Origin: an uncultured delta proteobacterium
GTDB taxonomy: Bacteria > Desulfobacterota > Zymogenia > Zymogenales > Zymogenaceae
Assembly (NCBI GenBank): GCA_963792965.1
Contig: CAWBYW010000007.1
Location: 288,001-352,000 of the forward strand
Reading direction: 5' to 3'
Length of the DNA: 64,000 bases
The stretch's first letter is position 1. Every line of letters begins with the position of its first letter. This document shows, piece after piece, positions 36,168-46,220 of the stretch. The position numbers and the translations under genes are program-made. The notes under the pieces are model-generated. The model did not search any database. It was not told the origin of the DNA and was given only the letters and a program-made list of their open reading frames with translations.

Positions 36168-39100
36168 TTACGTCCCCAGCAGCCCTTCCCTCACGTCCTC
36201 TACGCTGCGCGATCGGTCATACCACGGGTTGAAGTGATGCTCCATGACGAAATGATAGAACGGTGAATCGGGCCGGATGATCTCGTACACCTCGGTCACT
36301 TCACGCTTCAGGGTGCCCGCGTAGTCGAGGATACCGGCGTACCGGAAGATCTCCACGGCCGGACCGCCCGGCGTACGTTCGACGCCGAATATCAGGTAGA
36401 TCTCCGTGCCGTCGTATGCGAATACCTGCTGAAACTCGGGATGGAGCTGGTGCCTCTGGACCCGACGGTCGAAGAAATAAAGGCGGTCCCTATTCCCCTT
36501 AATGTATTCTCTGAGGGCCTCCTCCGACAGCGCCTCGCCGAGGTTATAGATATCCGTGCTCTCGGAGATGAACTCGTCGTCCATTACCGACTTGTTCTCC
36601 CCACCCACCTCTGAGATTAATCCCTCGCCCGATCGCTCCGCGGTGTCCGCCAAGAGCTCGGTCTCCGATTTGAAGACGGTCTGAACCACGTCCCTGAGTC
36701 GATTGTCCTCTTCGTCGATCGGCTGGATGATCGAAAGGGTTCTGCCGACGATGACGTTGAACGGATAGATGAGGTTCTGGTTTTGGGCCTCGAGACGCTT
36801 CTTTTCGAGAAAACGGTCGATCCGTTTCTTGATGCTTCGGTGCCTCTGCGCACCCCGGGAAGCCTCATTGATCTTGTCGGCAATGCTCACCTTGATATCT
36901 CCCCAGAGATCGTCGTGGAGCGTGATCACTTCCGAGAGGCCGCCGTACGATATGTAGAGCCCGGTGTTAACGCCGAGATCCGTGATCTCTCCGAGCCGAT
37001 CGTAGTACGATTGGGTCAGCTCCCGCACCTTCGTATGCGCCTCGGAGAGCATCCCCTTCAGTCGATTGATCTGGTTGAGCTCGTCCTGGCATATTTCCGT
37101 GTAAAACTCCTTTGACCTTTTAACGAGCTGCTGTTTATCGACCTCGCTGACCATCTCATCCTTGGACGCCTTGATTGCGGAGAGCTGTTCCCTGAGCTCC
37201 GTCTCCCGGGCGAGAGACTTATCCCGCTCCTTGTCCGTCTTGGCATCCCTCACTTTCTGGGAAACCTCCATGATTGCGTCGATGTGCGCCTGTATCGTCT
37301 CTTCGAAGAGCTTCATCTGGGCGTCGATCATTGCGCCGGGGGAGATCGAACGCTTATTCACGATAATATCATTCAACGCCCGAATCGTATCGCTGATCCG
37401 TTTCTTCTCCTTCGTCAGTCTGACGAGATCGTGCCGATATTCGGTCAGCAGGCCTTCCCTGAGTATCCGCTCGTCGAAGTCGGGGTTATTCTTGATCAGC
37501 TTCTTCTTATATTCCGAGGTGATTCGCTGGATCTCTTTGGCAAGCTCCACGAGGGCGGTAACGTTTCCGGAAAACGATATCGCGTCCCCGAGGAGATTGT
37601 TCAGCTCAAGGCCGAGGGATGGCTCCTTACCAATCTTGAGGTAGTAGCTCTTGGCGGCGTCAAGGATCGGCAGGAAGAATTCGTTCTTTAAGAAGTCCGC
37701 CATGACGAGGCTGCCCGACCTCTTGGTCCTCTTGGTAAAGCTCTTCAGGTCGACGAAAAGGTGACCCTCGTGGACCTCTTCTTTCTTGACCAGGAATATC
37801 TTGTGGTCGCCGGAAAAGCGATAGAGCCTTCCCCCCTCGTACTCTCTGATCAGCTCCTGGAGGGGAAGGGCCTTTTTCTTGTTCTCAAGCGTCTTCCTGG
37901 CCGACGTGAAGTAGGAGTCGTAGCCGAGATCCATACGAAATATGATATACCGTTTCACAACTTCGGAGACCTTAAAGACGATCGTCTCCTTGCCGACGGA
38001 AAAGAGCCTGACCAGCCCCCACTTTCGGTGTGTTTTGAAGTTAGTGAGGATCTTTCTGATCTTTTGTGTACGTCTCTCGTCGCGGCTGTACCGGTCGATG
38101 AGGTCCGAGAGCCCTGTCTCGACCTGCGAGGCGATCTTTGAATCCTCCAGCATCGCCCTGAGGAGCTTGTCGTCCTGGGAGATCTCAGCGAGAATGATGT
38201 GTATCCCCTCGCGCTGGTTGTCATACGAGATCAGGTAATCGAGGATGTCGTCCCGAAACGAGCTGAGGGAGAAAAAGTCAAAAACGGTCTCGGCCAGAAC
38301 ATTGTCCTGCGTGATCAGGCTGACCATACCGGACGTCAGATCCCCGATCGAGTGGGATTTTTTGGCGGCCTGGGCGTAGACCTCTTCGAGGCACGCCGCG
38401 ATTTTCGGCGAAAGGTTGTAGGGATTGAGGTCGCTGTTTAAAAGCGCATTCTTGATGTTCAGGATGAAAAATGGCGTCGTTGTTCCAAGGAGCAGATACT
38501 CCATCTCCTTGAAATCATATGAGAGCTGTTTTCCCTTAAAGGAGTTCAACACCTCGGAGACGACTACCCGCACGATGTTCGAAAACAGGATGCTGATCGA
38601 TCGCTCCAGCTTTTCATAGGAAACCCCCCTGATCTTTACCCCCTTGACGATTTCCTTCTTCTCGCTTAATATCTTTGAGATCGCAAGATGAACGAGAAAC
38701 GAGGTCCGCTCCGCGCCGGACAGTCGCATCTCCTCCTCGATTGCCTTTTTATAGATGCGGAAGAGCTCTGCGATAAGCCTTCTGCCGTGAAGCGACGGGA
38801 CCAGCCAGCTGGCGATGAGCCCCGCGTCAATGAGGGGGTCTCCGTAAAGGGTGGATATGGCGATTTCAGTCTCGATTCTTCCACCGAATTCTTTCGATAC
38901 CCGGTACACCTTGGGAAGAAGCTCCACCCGCTCGTCCAACACCGATATCATGAGGCTCCCGCGGGTGTCGTAGACCATGGACGGCTCAAGCCTCCCCTTC
39001 ATCAGGGAGACAAGTTCTCCCATCGCCTCATCGAATATCTCTTCGCTCTCCCCCCCGAAGATAAAGGGGACCTTGAGATCGTAGTCGGATTCACCGAGGT

Positions 39101-39233
39101 TGAACCGAATAAGATCCCGCTTCAGCACCCAAAAATCCTTTCCCTTCATCCCCTTGTAACGGATATACCCAAGGATGTCTTCCAGGAGTGCGGTCCTACG
39201 GTCGAGGGATTGCTCTCTGTGGTCTATTTCCAT
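36168..39233 (-). CDS. Large soluble protein (1021 aa) with an interrupted class III nucleotide cyclase-like domain
   Basis: Motifs in cyclase order: HLFVDLKSFT, NNLLGDAISF, GVNTGLYISYG, IADKINEASR. A coiled-coil insert lies between the second and third. Confidence 0.6.
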   Translation of the reverse strand: MEIDHREQSLDRRTALLEDILGYIRYKGMKGKDFWVLKRDLIRFNLGESDYDLKVPFIFGGESEEIFDEAMGELVSLMKGRLEPSMVYDTRGSLMISVLDERVELLPKVYRVSKEFGGRIETEIAISTLYGDPLIDAGLIASWLVPSLHGRRLIAELFRIYKKAIEEEMRLSGAERTSFLVHLAISKILSEKKEIVKGVKIRGVSYEKLERSISILFSNIVRVVVSEVLNSFKGKQLSYDFKEMEYLLLGTTTPFFILNIKNALLNSDLNPYNLSPKIAACLEEVYAQAAKKSHSIGDLTSGMVSLITQDNVLAETVFDFFSLSSFRDDILDYLISYDNQREGIHIILAEISQDDKLLRAMLEDSKIASQVETGLSDLIDRYSRDERRTQKIRKILTNFKTHRKWGLVRLFSVGKETIVFKVSEVVKRYIIFRMDLGYDSYFTSARKTLENKKKALPLQELIREYEGGRLYRFSGDHKIFLVKKEEVHEGHLFVDLKSFTKRTKRSGSLVMADFLKNEFFLPILDAAKSYYLKIGKEPSLGLELNNLLGDAISFSGNVTALVELAKEIQRITSEYKKKLIKNNPDFDERILREGLLTEYRHDLVRLTKEKKRISDTIRALNDIIVNKRSISPGAMIDAQMKLFEETIQAHIDAIMEVSQKVRDAKTDKERDKSLARETELREQLSAIKASKDEMVSEVDKQQLVKRSKEFYTEICQDELNQINRLKGMLSEAHTKVRELTQSYYDRLGEITDLGVNTGLYISYGGLSEVITLHDDLWGDIKVSIADKINEASRGAQRHRSIKKRIDRFLEKKRLEAQNQNLIYPFNVIVGRTLSIIQPIDEEDNRLRDVVQTVFKSETELLADTAERSGEGLISEVGGENKSVMDDEFISESTDIYNLGEALSEEALREYIKGNRDRLYFFDRRVQRHQLHPEFQQVFAYDGTEIYLIFGVERTPGGPAVEIFRYAGILDYAGTLKREVTEVYEIIRPDSPFYHFVMEHHFNPWYDRSRSVEDVREGLLGT

Positions 39234-39253
39234 CGGCGCCAGAAACCTTCCCC

Positions 39254-40126
39254 CTACAATCCCCTCAGGTGTTCGGGACGCAGGAGATCGGTCCTGTCCT
39301 TTTCGAGGACATGACGGATGATCGCATTTGCCTCGCTTTTCTCTTCAGGCAGTCTGATTCTCATCGGGAGGTAATTGGAGGCATGGTTTGAGGTAAAGAG
39401 GCAGTCGCTTACGTCTGTATGATCGAGGATGATCATCAGTTCTTTAAGCATCTCCATTTTATCGGGCAGTAGGAACTCGCCCCGTTTAGACTGGTCGTAC
39501 AGCGGAGTGCCGGGGACGATCATGACCGTGAGGGCCCCGATATAGTCGGGGTCCATCTCCGAGAGCACCTTTCCGGTGGCCTCGGCGTGACGGAGCCCCC
39601 CGGCCTTTCCCGCGATGCCGAGCAATACGGTTACCGACAGCAGAATACCGGCATCCTTCACCCGACGCGCCGCCTCGATCATGGCGTCGGTACCTACGCC
39701 CTTTTCTATCGCGGCCAGGACCGCCGGATCGCCGCTTTCCAGCCCGAGGTAGACAATCCCGAGACCCATATCCTTAAGCTCTCTGAGCTCATCCGGACTC
39801 TTCCTGAGGATGCTTTTTGCATTTCCGTAAACCCCGATTCGTTCGAGGCCGGGCAGCGCTTTTCCGACCTCTTCCATGATCGGCCGGAGCATCCTCTGCG
39901 GGATGATGAGGGCGTCACCGTCGGCCAAAAAGACCCGCTTGACCGTCCGGTACCGCTCGGCCTCACCCAGATCGGCCCTGATCTCTTCTATGTCCCTGAT
40001 TCTGAATCGTTTCGACTTATAGGTGGGACAGAACGTGCACTTGTTATGGGAGCACCCGAGCGTAACCTGTAGTATCAGACTTCTCGCTTCGCTCGGGGGG
40101 CGTATGACTATACCCTCGTATCTCAT
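39254..40126 (-). CDS. Radical SAM protein
   Basis: CSHNKCTFC (CxxxCxxC), RPPSEA, FLADGDA, YLGLESG, SNHASNY. Confidence 0.92.
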   Translation of the reverse strand: MRYEGIVIRPPSEARSLILQVTLGCSHNKCTFCPTYKSKRFRIRDIEEIRADLGEAERYRTVKRVFLADGDALIIPQRMLRPIMEEVGKALPGLERIGVYGNAKSILRKSPDELRELKDMGLGIVYLGLESGDPAVLAAIEKGVGTDAMIEAARRVKDAGILLSVTVLLGIAGKAGGLRHAEATGKVLSEMDPDYIGALTVMIVPGTPLYDQSKRGEFLLPDKMEMLKELMIILDHTDVSDCLFTSNHASNYLPMRIRLPEEKSEANAIIRHVLEKDRTDLLRPEHLRGL

Positions 40127-40162
40127 ATCTTGTTTGCCGGCGCTCTCAAGCCGCCGATATAC

Positions 40163-40615
40163 CTATCGTGTCATGAGGTGGTGACCAATGATGATAAGCT
40201 CAATCCGAGTCTCTATCCGACCGCTCCCTTTTCCTCCTGCGTCTTTTTTCCCCTCCCGAATAAACCTCGTTGTCTTTTCCGGTGCGCTCGCTGGCGGCCC
40301 GCCAGCGGTCTCTATCGGCTCGGTCGCCGCCTTCTTATGGGCTTCCAGTTCGGCCTTCAGCTTCAGGTTTTCTTTCTCAATCTTCTTGGCCTTCAGCCTG
40401 AGCGAGCTCCTCTCGAACGCGCCGAGGAGGGACATGACGATAATTGTTCCTAATATCGCGATATAGAAGAAAATAAAGACGGGCAGCTTGATCGTCTCCA
40501 CCGCTATGTTCTTATATCTCAGGAAGACCAGGAAGACTTCACCTTGGTTGTAGTAGGCAAACAGGGCGAGGATGAAAAGGACAATCGAAAAGAGGACCAG
40601 TTTTAGATATCTCAT
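40163..40615 (-). CDS. LapA-like membrane protein
   Basis: TM, then N...V.L.F, second TM and a coiled tail; next to a HIT gene. Confidence 0.65.
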   Translation of the reverse strand: MRYLKLVLFSIVLFILALFAYYNQGEVFLVFLRYKNIAVETIKLPVFIFFYIAILGTIIVMSLLGAFERSSLRLKAKKIEKENLKLKAELEAHKKAATEPIETAGGPPASAPEKTTRFIREGKKDAGGKGSGRIETRIELIIIGHHLMTR

Positions 40616-40629
40616 GGTAACTCCTTTAC

Positions 40630-41133
40630 TTACCCGATGGTTTCATATACTTCCCGCAGCTTATCGTACGTCGACAGGATATGCTCGGAGATGACTTTCA
40701 CCTCTCCGATGACCGGCATGAAGTTGGTGTCACCGTCCCATCGGGGGACGACGTGAACGTGAAGATGATCCTCAACGCCTGCTCCTGCGATCTTGCCTAT
40801 ATTTATCCCGACGTTGAATCCATGCGGGTTCATGACCCTCTCGGAGACCTCGGTGAACTTTTGGATAAATGAGAAAATCTCGATGATCTCGTCCTGGGTG
40901 AGCTTCGTGATATGCTTTTCATGGCGGATGGGCGCTACCATCAGGTGGCCGTTGTTATACGGGTAGCGATTCATCATGACGAAGGTAGACTTTCCCCTGG
41001 CGAGAATCAGGTTATCGCGGTCATTGCTTTTCGCGAGGCGGTTGCAGAAGATACAGCCCTGTTCCTTCTTGCCCGTGATATACTCGATCCTCCACGGGGC
41101 CCACAACGTCTCCCGGTCCTTCTTATCGCTCAT
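40630..41133 (-). CDS. HIT family hydrolase (Ap4A phosphorylase-like)
   Basis: LWAPWR..Y, CIFC, N.YPYN.GHLM, AGAG..DHLHVHVVPRW.GD.NFM. Confidence 0.93.
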   Translation of the reverse strand: MSDKKDRETLWAPWRIEYITGKKEQGCIFCNRLAKSNDRDNLILARGKSTFVMMNRYPYNNGHLMVAPIRHEKHITKLTQDEIIEIFSFIQKFTEVSERVMNPHGFNVGINIGKIAGAGVEDHLHVHVVPRWDGDTNFMPVIGEVKVISEHILSTYDKLREVYETIG

Positions 41134-41615
41134 GCTTCCTTGATCTCCCCCTGTATGCCGTTTTCGGTGATCATAAGGTATCCGAGGGTATTGCGCCGGG
41201 TAAACCTGTTATCAGTGAGCGATCCGGGGTTAAAGAGGAGAACGCCCTTCTCCGTCCTGTTATACGGGGTATGGCTGTGTCCGAAAACGATGCAATCCAC
41301 CGATTCGGCGCCGAATTCCTCCCTGACCCGAGCGAAGAGACCCGTCGGCGAGCCCCACCCGTGTATGATTCCGATCCGCCTGCCCCCGAGCCCTACGATC
41401 GTTTTGGACGGTAAGAGATCCCTGATCGCCCGACCGTCCATGTTACCCGAGACCGCGACAAGCTCCCACCGAGAAAGATATTCGTAGACGCTCGCGTCCA
41501 CCATATCGCCGGCATGTATGATCGTGTCTACATCCGAGAAATGGCGCTCCATCAGCTCCCTGAAGCGCTCATCAACAGCCGTCAGATGCGTATCTGAAAT
41601 AACGCCGATCTTCAC
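41130..41615 (-). CDS. YfcE-family metallophosphoesterase
   Basis: ISDTH, HAGD, GNMD, HG, FGHSH, NPGS. Confidence 0.92.
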   Translation of the reverse strand: MKIGVISDTHLTAVDERFRELMERHFSDVDTIIHAGDMVDASVYEYLSRWELVAVSGNMDGRAIRDLLPSKTIVGLGGRRIGIIHGWGSPTGLFARVREEFGAESVDCIVFGHSHTPYNRTEKGVLLFNPGSLTDNRFTRRNTLGYLMITENGIQGEIKEA

Positions 41616-41709
41616 GAATATGACCCAAAAACGAAATCATTACACCACACTATAGAACAAAGGTGAAAAGAAATCAACAGTAAAAACTATTTGCGGTCCA
41701 AAACTCCCG

Positions 41710-42084
41710 ATGATACAATCTCATATGCCAAAAAAATACTCCGATAAAGAGCCGACAAAACTCTCCGACATCCTTACGGGTATTCTCAAGGGGAAGGGAT
41801 GGGACACCATCGTTCGGGAGCATCGGGTCTTTGACGTCTGGGATGAGGTGGTGGGAACACACATCGCCAAGAACACCTGTCCTAAGCGTATCGACCGGGG
41901 GGTGCTCTTTGTTATCGTCAGCAATTCGGCATGGATTCAGGAACTGTCCCTGATGAAGGAACAAATCATCGGCCGCCTCAACGTCAAACTCAATGACCGG
42001 ATCGTGCGGGACCTCCGGTTTGCCCAGGGTAAGATATCAAAAGAAGAAAAGGAACTCATATTCCGCGTGAAGGAACCGAAATAG
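41710..42084 (+). CDS. DUF721/DciA family protein
   Basis: W.EVVG..IA..T.P, L.V.V.NSAW.QEL, K..II..LN. Confidence 0.85.
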   Translation: MIQSHMPKKYSDKEPTKLSDILTGILKGKGWDTIVREHRVFDVWDEVVGTHIAKNTCPKRIDRGVLFVIVSNSAWIQELSLMKEQIIGRLNVKLNDRIVRDLRFAQGKISKEEKELIFRVKEPK

Positions 42085-42212
42085 GAGAGGCGGCCGAGGG
42101 ATGGAGAGCTACACGAGCACAATCAAAAACCGGCGGATGAGGGATATCATCAAGAGGAACCTTGGCGGCACGTCCTCAAGACCCGAGAAGAAATGAGCGC
42201 CGCGGCACCCAC

Positions 42213-42530
42213 CTACAGGGTAACCTCATTGATCCATCGAACGTATTCGTCAAGCGCGTGAGTGATGGGAAGCGAAATAATCTCCGGTATCTTGTAGCTG
42301 TGCAGGTTCTTGATGGTCTCTTTTACCTGTTCAAAGAGCTCGCCCCGCGTCTTGATGATCATCAGGTACTCTTCACTTTCCTCTATCTTTCCCTCCCACG
42401 AGTAGATGGATCTCATATTCGGGATTATACTGACGCAGGCCGCGAGCTTTTTCTCTACCAATTCCTTGGCGATCTTCTCTGCCTCCATTTCGCCGCTGGC
42501 CGCCACCATAACCACTGTTGAGCCCGTCAT
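42213..42530 (-). CDS. cutA: Divalent-cation tolerance protein CutA
   Basis: LVEKKLAAC, SIYSWEG, HSY..PEII; start placed at ATG 42530 after GGAGG. Confidence 0.93.
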   Translation of the reverse strand: MTGSTVVMVAASGEMEAEKIAKELVEKKLAACVSIIPNMRSIYSWEGKIEESEEYLMIIKTRGELFEQVKETIKNLHSYKIPEIISLPITHALDEYVRWINEVTL

Positions 42531-42559
42531 ACCGCCTCCTTGTTCTTGTGTGAGTTCGT

Positions 42560-43908
42560 TCATGAAAGACCCTGATGCAGGCGTTTTTTCGCGATGCCGT
42601 CTATCTTCTCGGCCCACGATGCGATTTCTTCGAGGGCCCGGTTGGCGATATACCGTTTCCGGTCCTTTTTCCTAACCCCCGCAGGAGGCGTTGGGAAGAG
42701 GCCGAAGTTGATGTTCATCGGCTGGAACTGCTCGTTTCGGGGATCGGTGATATAGGCGATGAGTGAGCCGATCGCGCTGTTTCGAGGAGGCACGACCTGA
42801 CCCTCCCCGAGGGCCAATAAGGCGAAGCGTTGAGGCCCGCCACGACCCCCATTGCCGCGGACTCCACGTATCCCTCAACGCCGACCAGCTGCCCCGAGAT
42901 GAAGATTCCCGGCCGTGTCCTGATCTCAAGAGTCGGAAAAATAAGACGGGGCGCGTGGATAAACGTGTTTCGATGGATGCTGCCGTATCTGGCGAATCGG
43001 GCGCGATCGAGCCCGGGGATCATGCGGAAGATCCGCTCCTGGTCCTTCTGTTTGAGCCGCGTCTGAAACCCGACCAGATTATAGAGGGTTCCCTCGGCGT
43101 TCTCATGCCTGAGCTGGACCACGGCAAAGGGCCGCTGGCCCGTCTGAGGATCGACCAGACCGACCGGCTTCATGGGACCGAAAGAGAGGGTGTCGTCACC
43201 CCTTTTCACCATCACTTCGATGGGAAGACAGCCTTCAAATATCTTGGTATCCTCAAAAGAATGGGGGAGTACCTCGTCGGCCCGCTTAACCTCTCTGACA
43301 AAGCGATAATACTGCTCTTCATCCATCGGCAGGTTGATGTAGTCGTCGCCGCCCTTGTCGTATCGGGACCCCATAAAGGCGACATCCATATCCACGCCTT
43401 CGCCATAGACAATCGGGGAAATGGCGTCATAGAAGAAGAGGTTTTCGCGGCCCGTCGCGGCCCTCAGCTCTTGCGCGAGCGCGTCCGAGGTCAGGGGCCC
43501 GGTGGCGATAACCGCCACCGTCGCGTCCGGGAGGTGAGTGACCTCATCCCTGATCACCTCGATCAGAGGGTGGCCCTCTATCAGATCGGAGATATATGCC
43601 GAGAAGCGTTCGCGGTCAACGGCGAGGGCCGACCCCGCGGGAACCCGCGTCTGGCGGGCAGCGTGGATGATGAGGGAATCCAGGACCTCCATTTCTCTCT
43701 TGAGTATCCCCGATGCGTTATCGATGGACTCTGCGCGAAGTGAGTTGCTGCAGACCAGCTCCGCCATACCGGGGCACCTGTGGGCGGGAGAAAACTTTAC
43801 CGGCTTCATCTCATACAGGGTAACCTTCACCCCGAGCTGGGCTGCGTGCCACGCGGCCTCGCTGCCGGCCAGGCCCGCCCCGATGATTATGATATGGGGT
43901 GTCGTCAT
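42560..43908 (-). CDS. trmFO: tRNA (uracil54-C5)-methyltransferase, FADH2-oxidizing; frameshift near 42820
   Basis: IGAGLAGSEAA, AELVCSNS, FYDAISP, GPMKPVG, GVEGYVESAA; the C-terminus FQPMNINFGL is in a shifted frame. Confidence 0.93.
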
Positions 43909-46204
43909 GAGATCTTTTCCAAATCCTTCTTATCGACCGCCTCGGAGAATCCGCACCCTTCCGCGGGGCAAACCAGCTGGGCCGTCCCGTCCTTCTTTTC
44001 CTTGAGCGTCATGAACGGTGAGCCGCACTTCGGGCACGGTTTGGGATACGGCCTGTTCGGGGTCGCATATTTGCATTCGGGGTATCTCGAACATCCGTAG
44101 AATACCCGCCCTTTCGTTCTCCCCTTGCTGCTCCTGCGCTCGATGAGCGTTCCCGTCCCACACTCGGGGCACTTCACGCCCGTATCGACCGCCTTCTTCA
44201 GAGATTTGATATTCTTGCACTCCGGGTAGCCGGTACATCCAAGAAACGGCCCATACCGACCCCGTTTCACCTGCATGGGTTTCCCACACTTTTCGCAGAT
44301 CTCCTCGGTCGTCAACGCCTCCCCCTCTTTTTCCTCCAGCGGGGCGACGTACCGGCAGGCGGGATAGCCGCTGCAGGCGTAAAACCTCCCGAACCTCCCG
44401 AGCTTGATGACCACCGGCTTTCCGCAGAGGGGACAGGTCTTATCCGTTGCCTGGGTCGTGAAGTCGCTCTTCTTGACTTCCTTTTCCTTCCGTATCAACA
44501 GGTCGATGAAAGGCTCCCAGAAATTCTTGATCACCGGACGCCACTCGATCCTGCCCGCCGCCACGCTGTCAAGGTCTTCCTCCATATGGGCGGTGAAGCC
44601 GTAATCGACGTACCTCGTGAAATGAGCCACCAACAGGTCGCTCACGGCCATCCCGATATCCTCGGGATAGAAGCGCCTCTCCTTCAGGGTAACGTACTGC
44701 CTCGTCTTGAGGGTATTGATGATCCCCGCGTAGGTCGAGGGCCTTCCGATCCCGTACTCCTCCAGGGCCTTGATGAGGGTCGCCTCGGAAAAGCGGGGCG
44801 GCGGCGCGGTGAAGTGCTGCTCGGGCACGATCCCGATCGCCGTGAGGGGATCGCCTTCGGCAAGCAGCGGGAAGCTTCGTCTCCCGCTCTTCGGCCTCGT
44901 CGTCGATACCCTCAAGATAGACCTTCGAGAACCCGGGGAATTTCACGGTATATCCCGTCGCCCGGAAGGTATAGCCGTTGTCACTAGTGATATCCACCGA
45001 GACCGAATCAAGGATCTGCTCGGCCATCTGGCAGGCGATCGTCCGCTTCCAGATGAGATCATAGAGGGCAAGCTCATCCTTCGTGAGGTATTTTCTCAAC
45101 GACTCGGGCGTCCGGGAAAGCGACGTGGGCCGGATCGCCTCGTGCGCCTCCTGCGCGCCCTTGGACTTTTGTCTGTAATACCGAGGCTTTTCGAGAGCGT
45201 ATTCCTTGCCGTAGAGCCTGACGACAACGTCGTGCGCCTCCATCAGGGCCGTGTGGGCGATCTGGACGCTGTCGGTCCTCATATAGGTGATCAGGCCGGC
45301 CATCGTGTCTCCGACGGCCTTCCCCTCGTAGAGCTTCTGGGCCACGTCCATGGTCCTCTTGGCGGTGAACGAGAGCTTGCGCGACGCCTCCTGCTGGAGG
45401 GTGCTCGTGATGAAAGGCGGCGCGGGGGTCCTCTTGACGTCTCGCCTGCGCACCTGTCCAACGGCAAAGGACGCCCTCTCCAGCTCGTCGATGAGCTCGA
45501 ATGCCGCCGATTCCTCGGCGATATCGAATTTATCGAGCTTCTTGCCGTTCTTCGCCGTCAGGGTCGCCGAAAAGGGCTCGTAGGTACCGGCTCTTCGTGA
45601 ATATCCCCTCGATAGTCCAGAACTCCTGAGAGATGAAGCCCTGGATCTCGCGCTCCCGCTCGCAGATCATCCTGAGGGCGACGGATTGAACCCGGCCCGC
45701 CGAGAGGCGATACCGGATCTTCTTCCACAAGAACGGCGAGAGGTTAAACCCCACCAGGTAGTCGAGTATTACCCGCGCCTGTTGGGCATCGACGAGGTTC
45801 TTGGAGATCTTACGGGGATTGGCGAAGGCTTCCTGTATGGCATCCTTCGTCACCTCAGAAAATATGACACGGTGTACCTCGATTCCCTTCTTTTCCCCGT
45901 TGTCCAGGCCGAGGACGGACATAAGGTGCCAGGCGATGGCTTCCCCCTCACGGTCAAGGTCGGTGGCGAGGTAGACCTTGTCGACACCCTTCATCTCGTC
46001 CTTGATTCGGTCGATATACTTCTTCTTTTCCTCCAGCACCTCGTAGATGGGTGCGAAGTCGTTGTTCACGTCCACCGAGCCGTCCTTACTCGGCAACGAG
46101 CGGACGTGTCCATACGAGGCGACCACCTTGAAGGTATTGCCGAGGTATTTTTCTATGGTCTTCGCCTTTGCCGGCGATTCGACGATGACAAGAGATTTCG
46201 CCAT
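43905..46204 (-). CDS. topA: DNA topoisomerase I, with frameshifts near 45592 and 44870
   Basis: IVESPAKAKTI, ATDLDREGE, SAGRVQS, ITYMRTD, AHEAIRPT, GIGRPSTY and C-terminal Zn ribbons, spread over three ORFs. Confidence 0.95.
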
Positions 46205-46220
46205 GACTTAGTCTTTCACT

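Noticed and set aside
43905-46204. topA as a pseudogene or as a case of programmed frameshifting
   Set aside because: All catalytic motifs are intact, I saw no slippery heptamer, and the same indel pattern occurs across the window.
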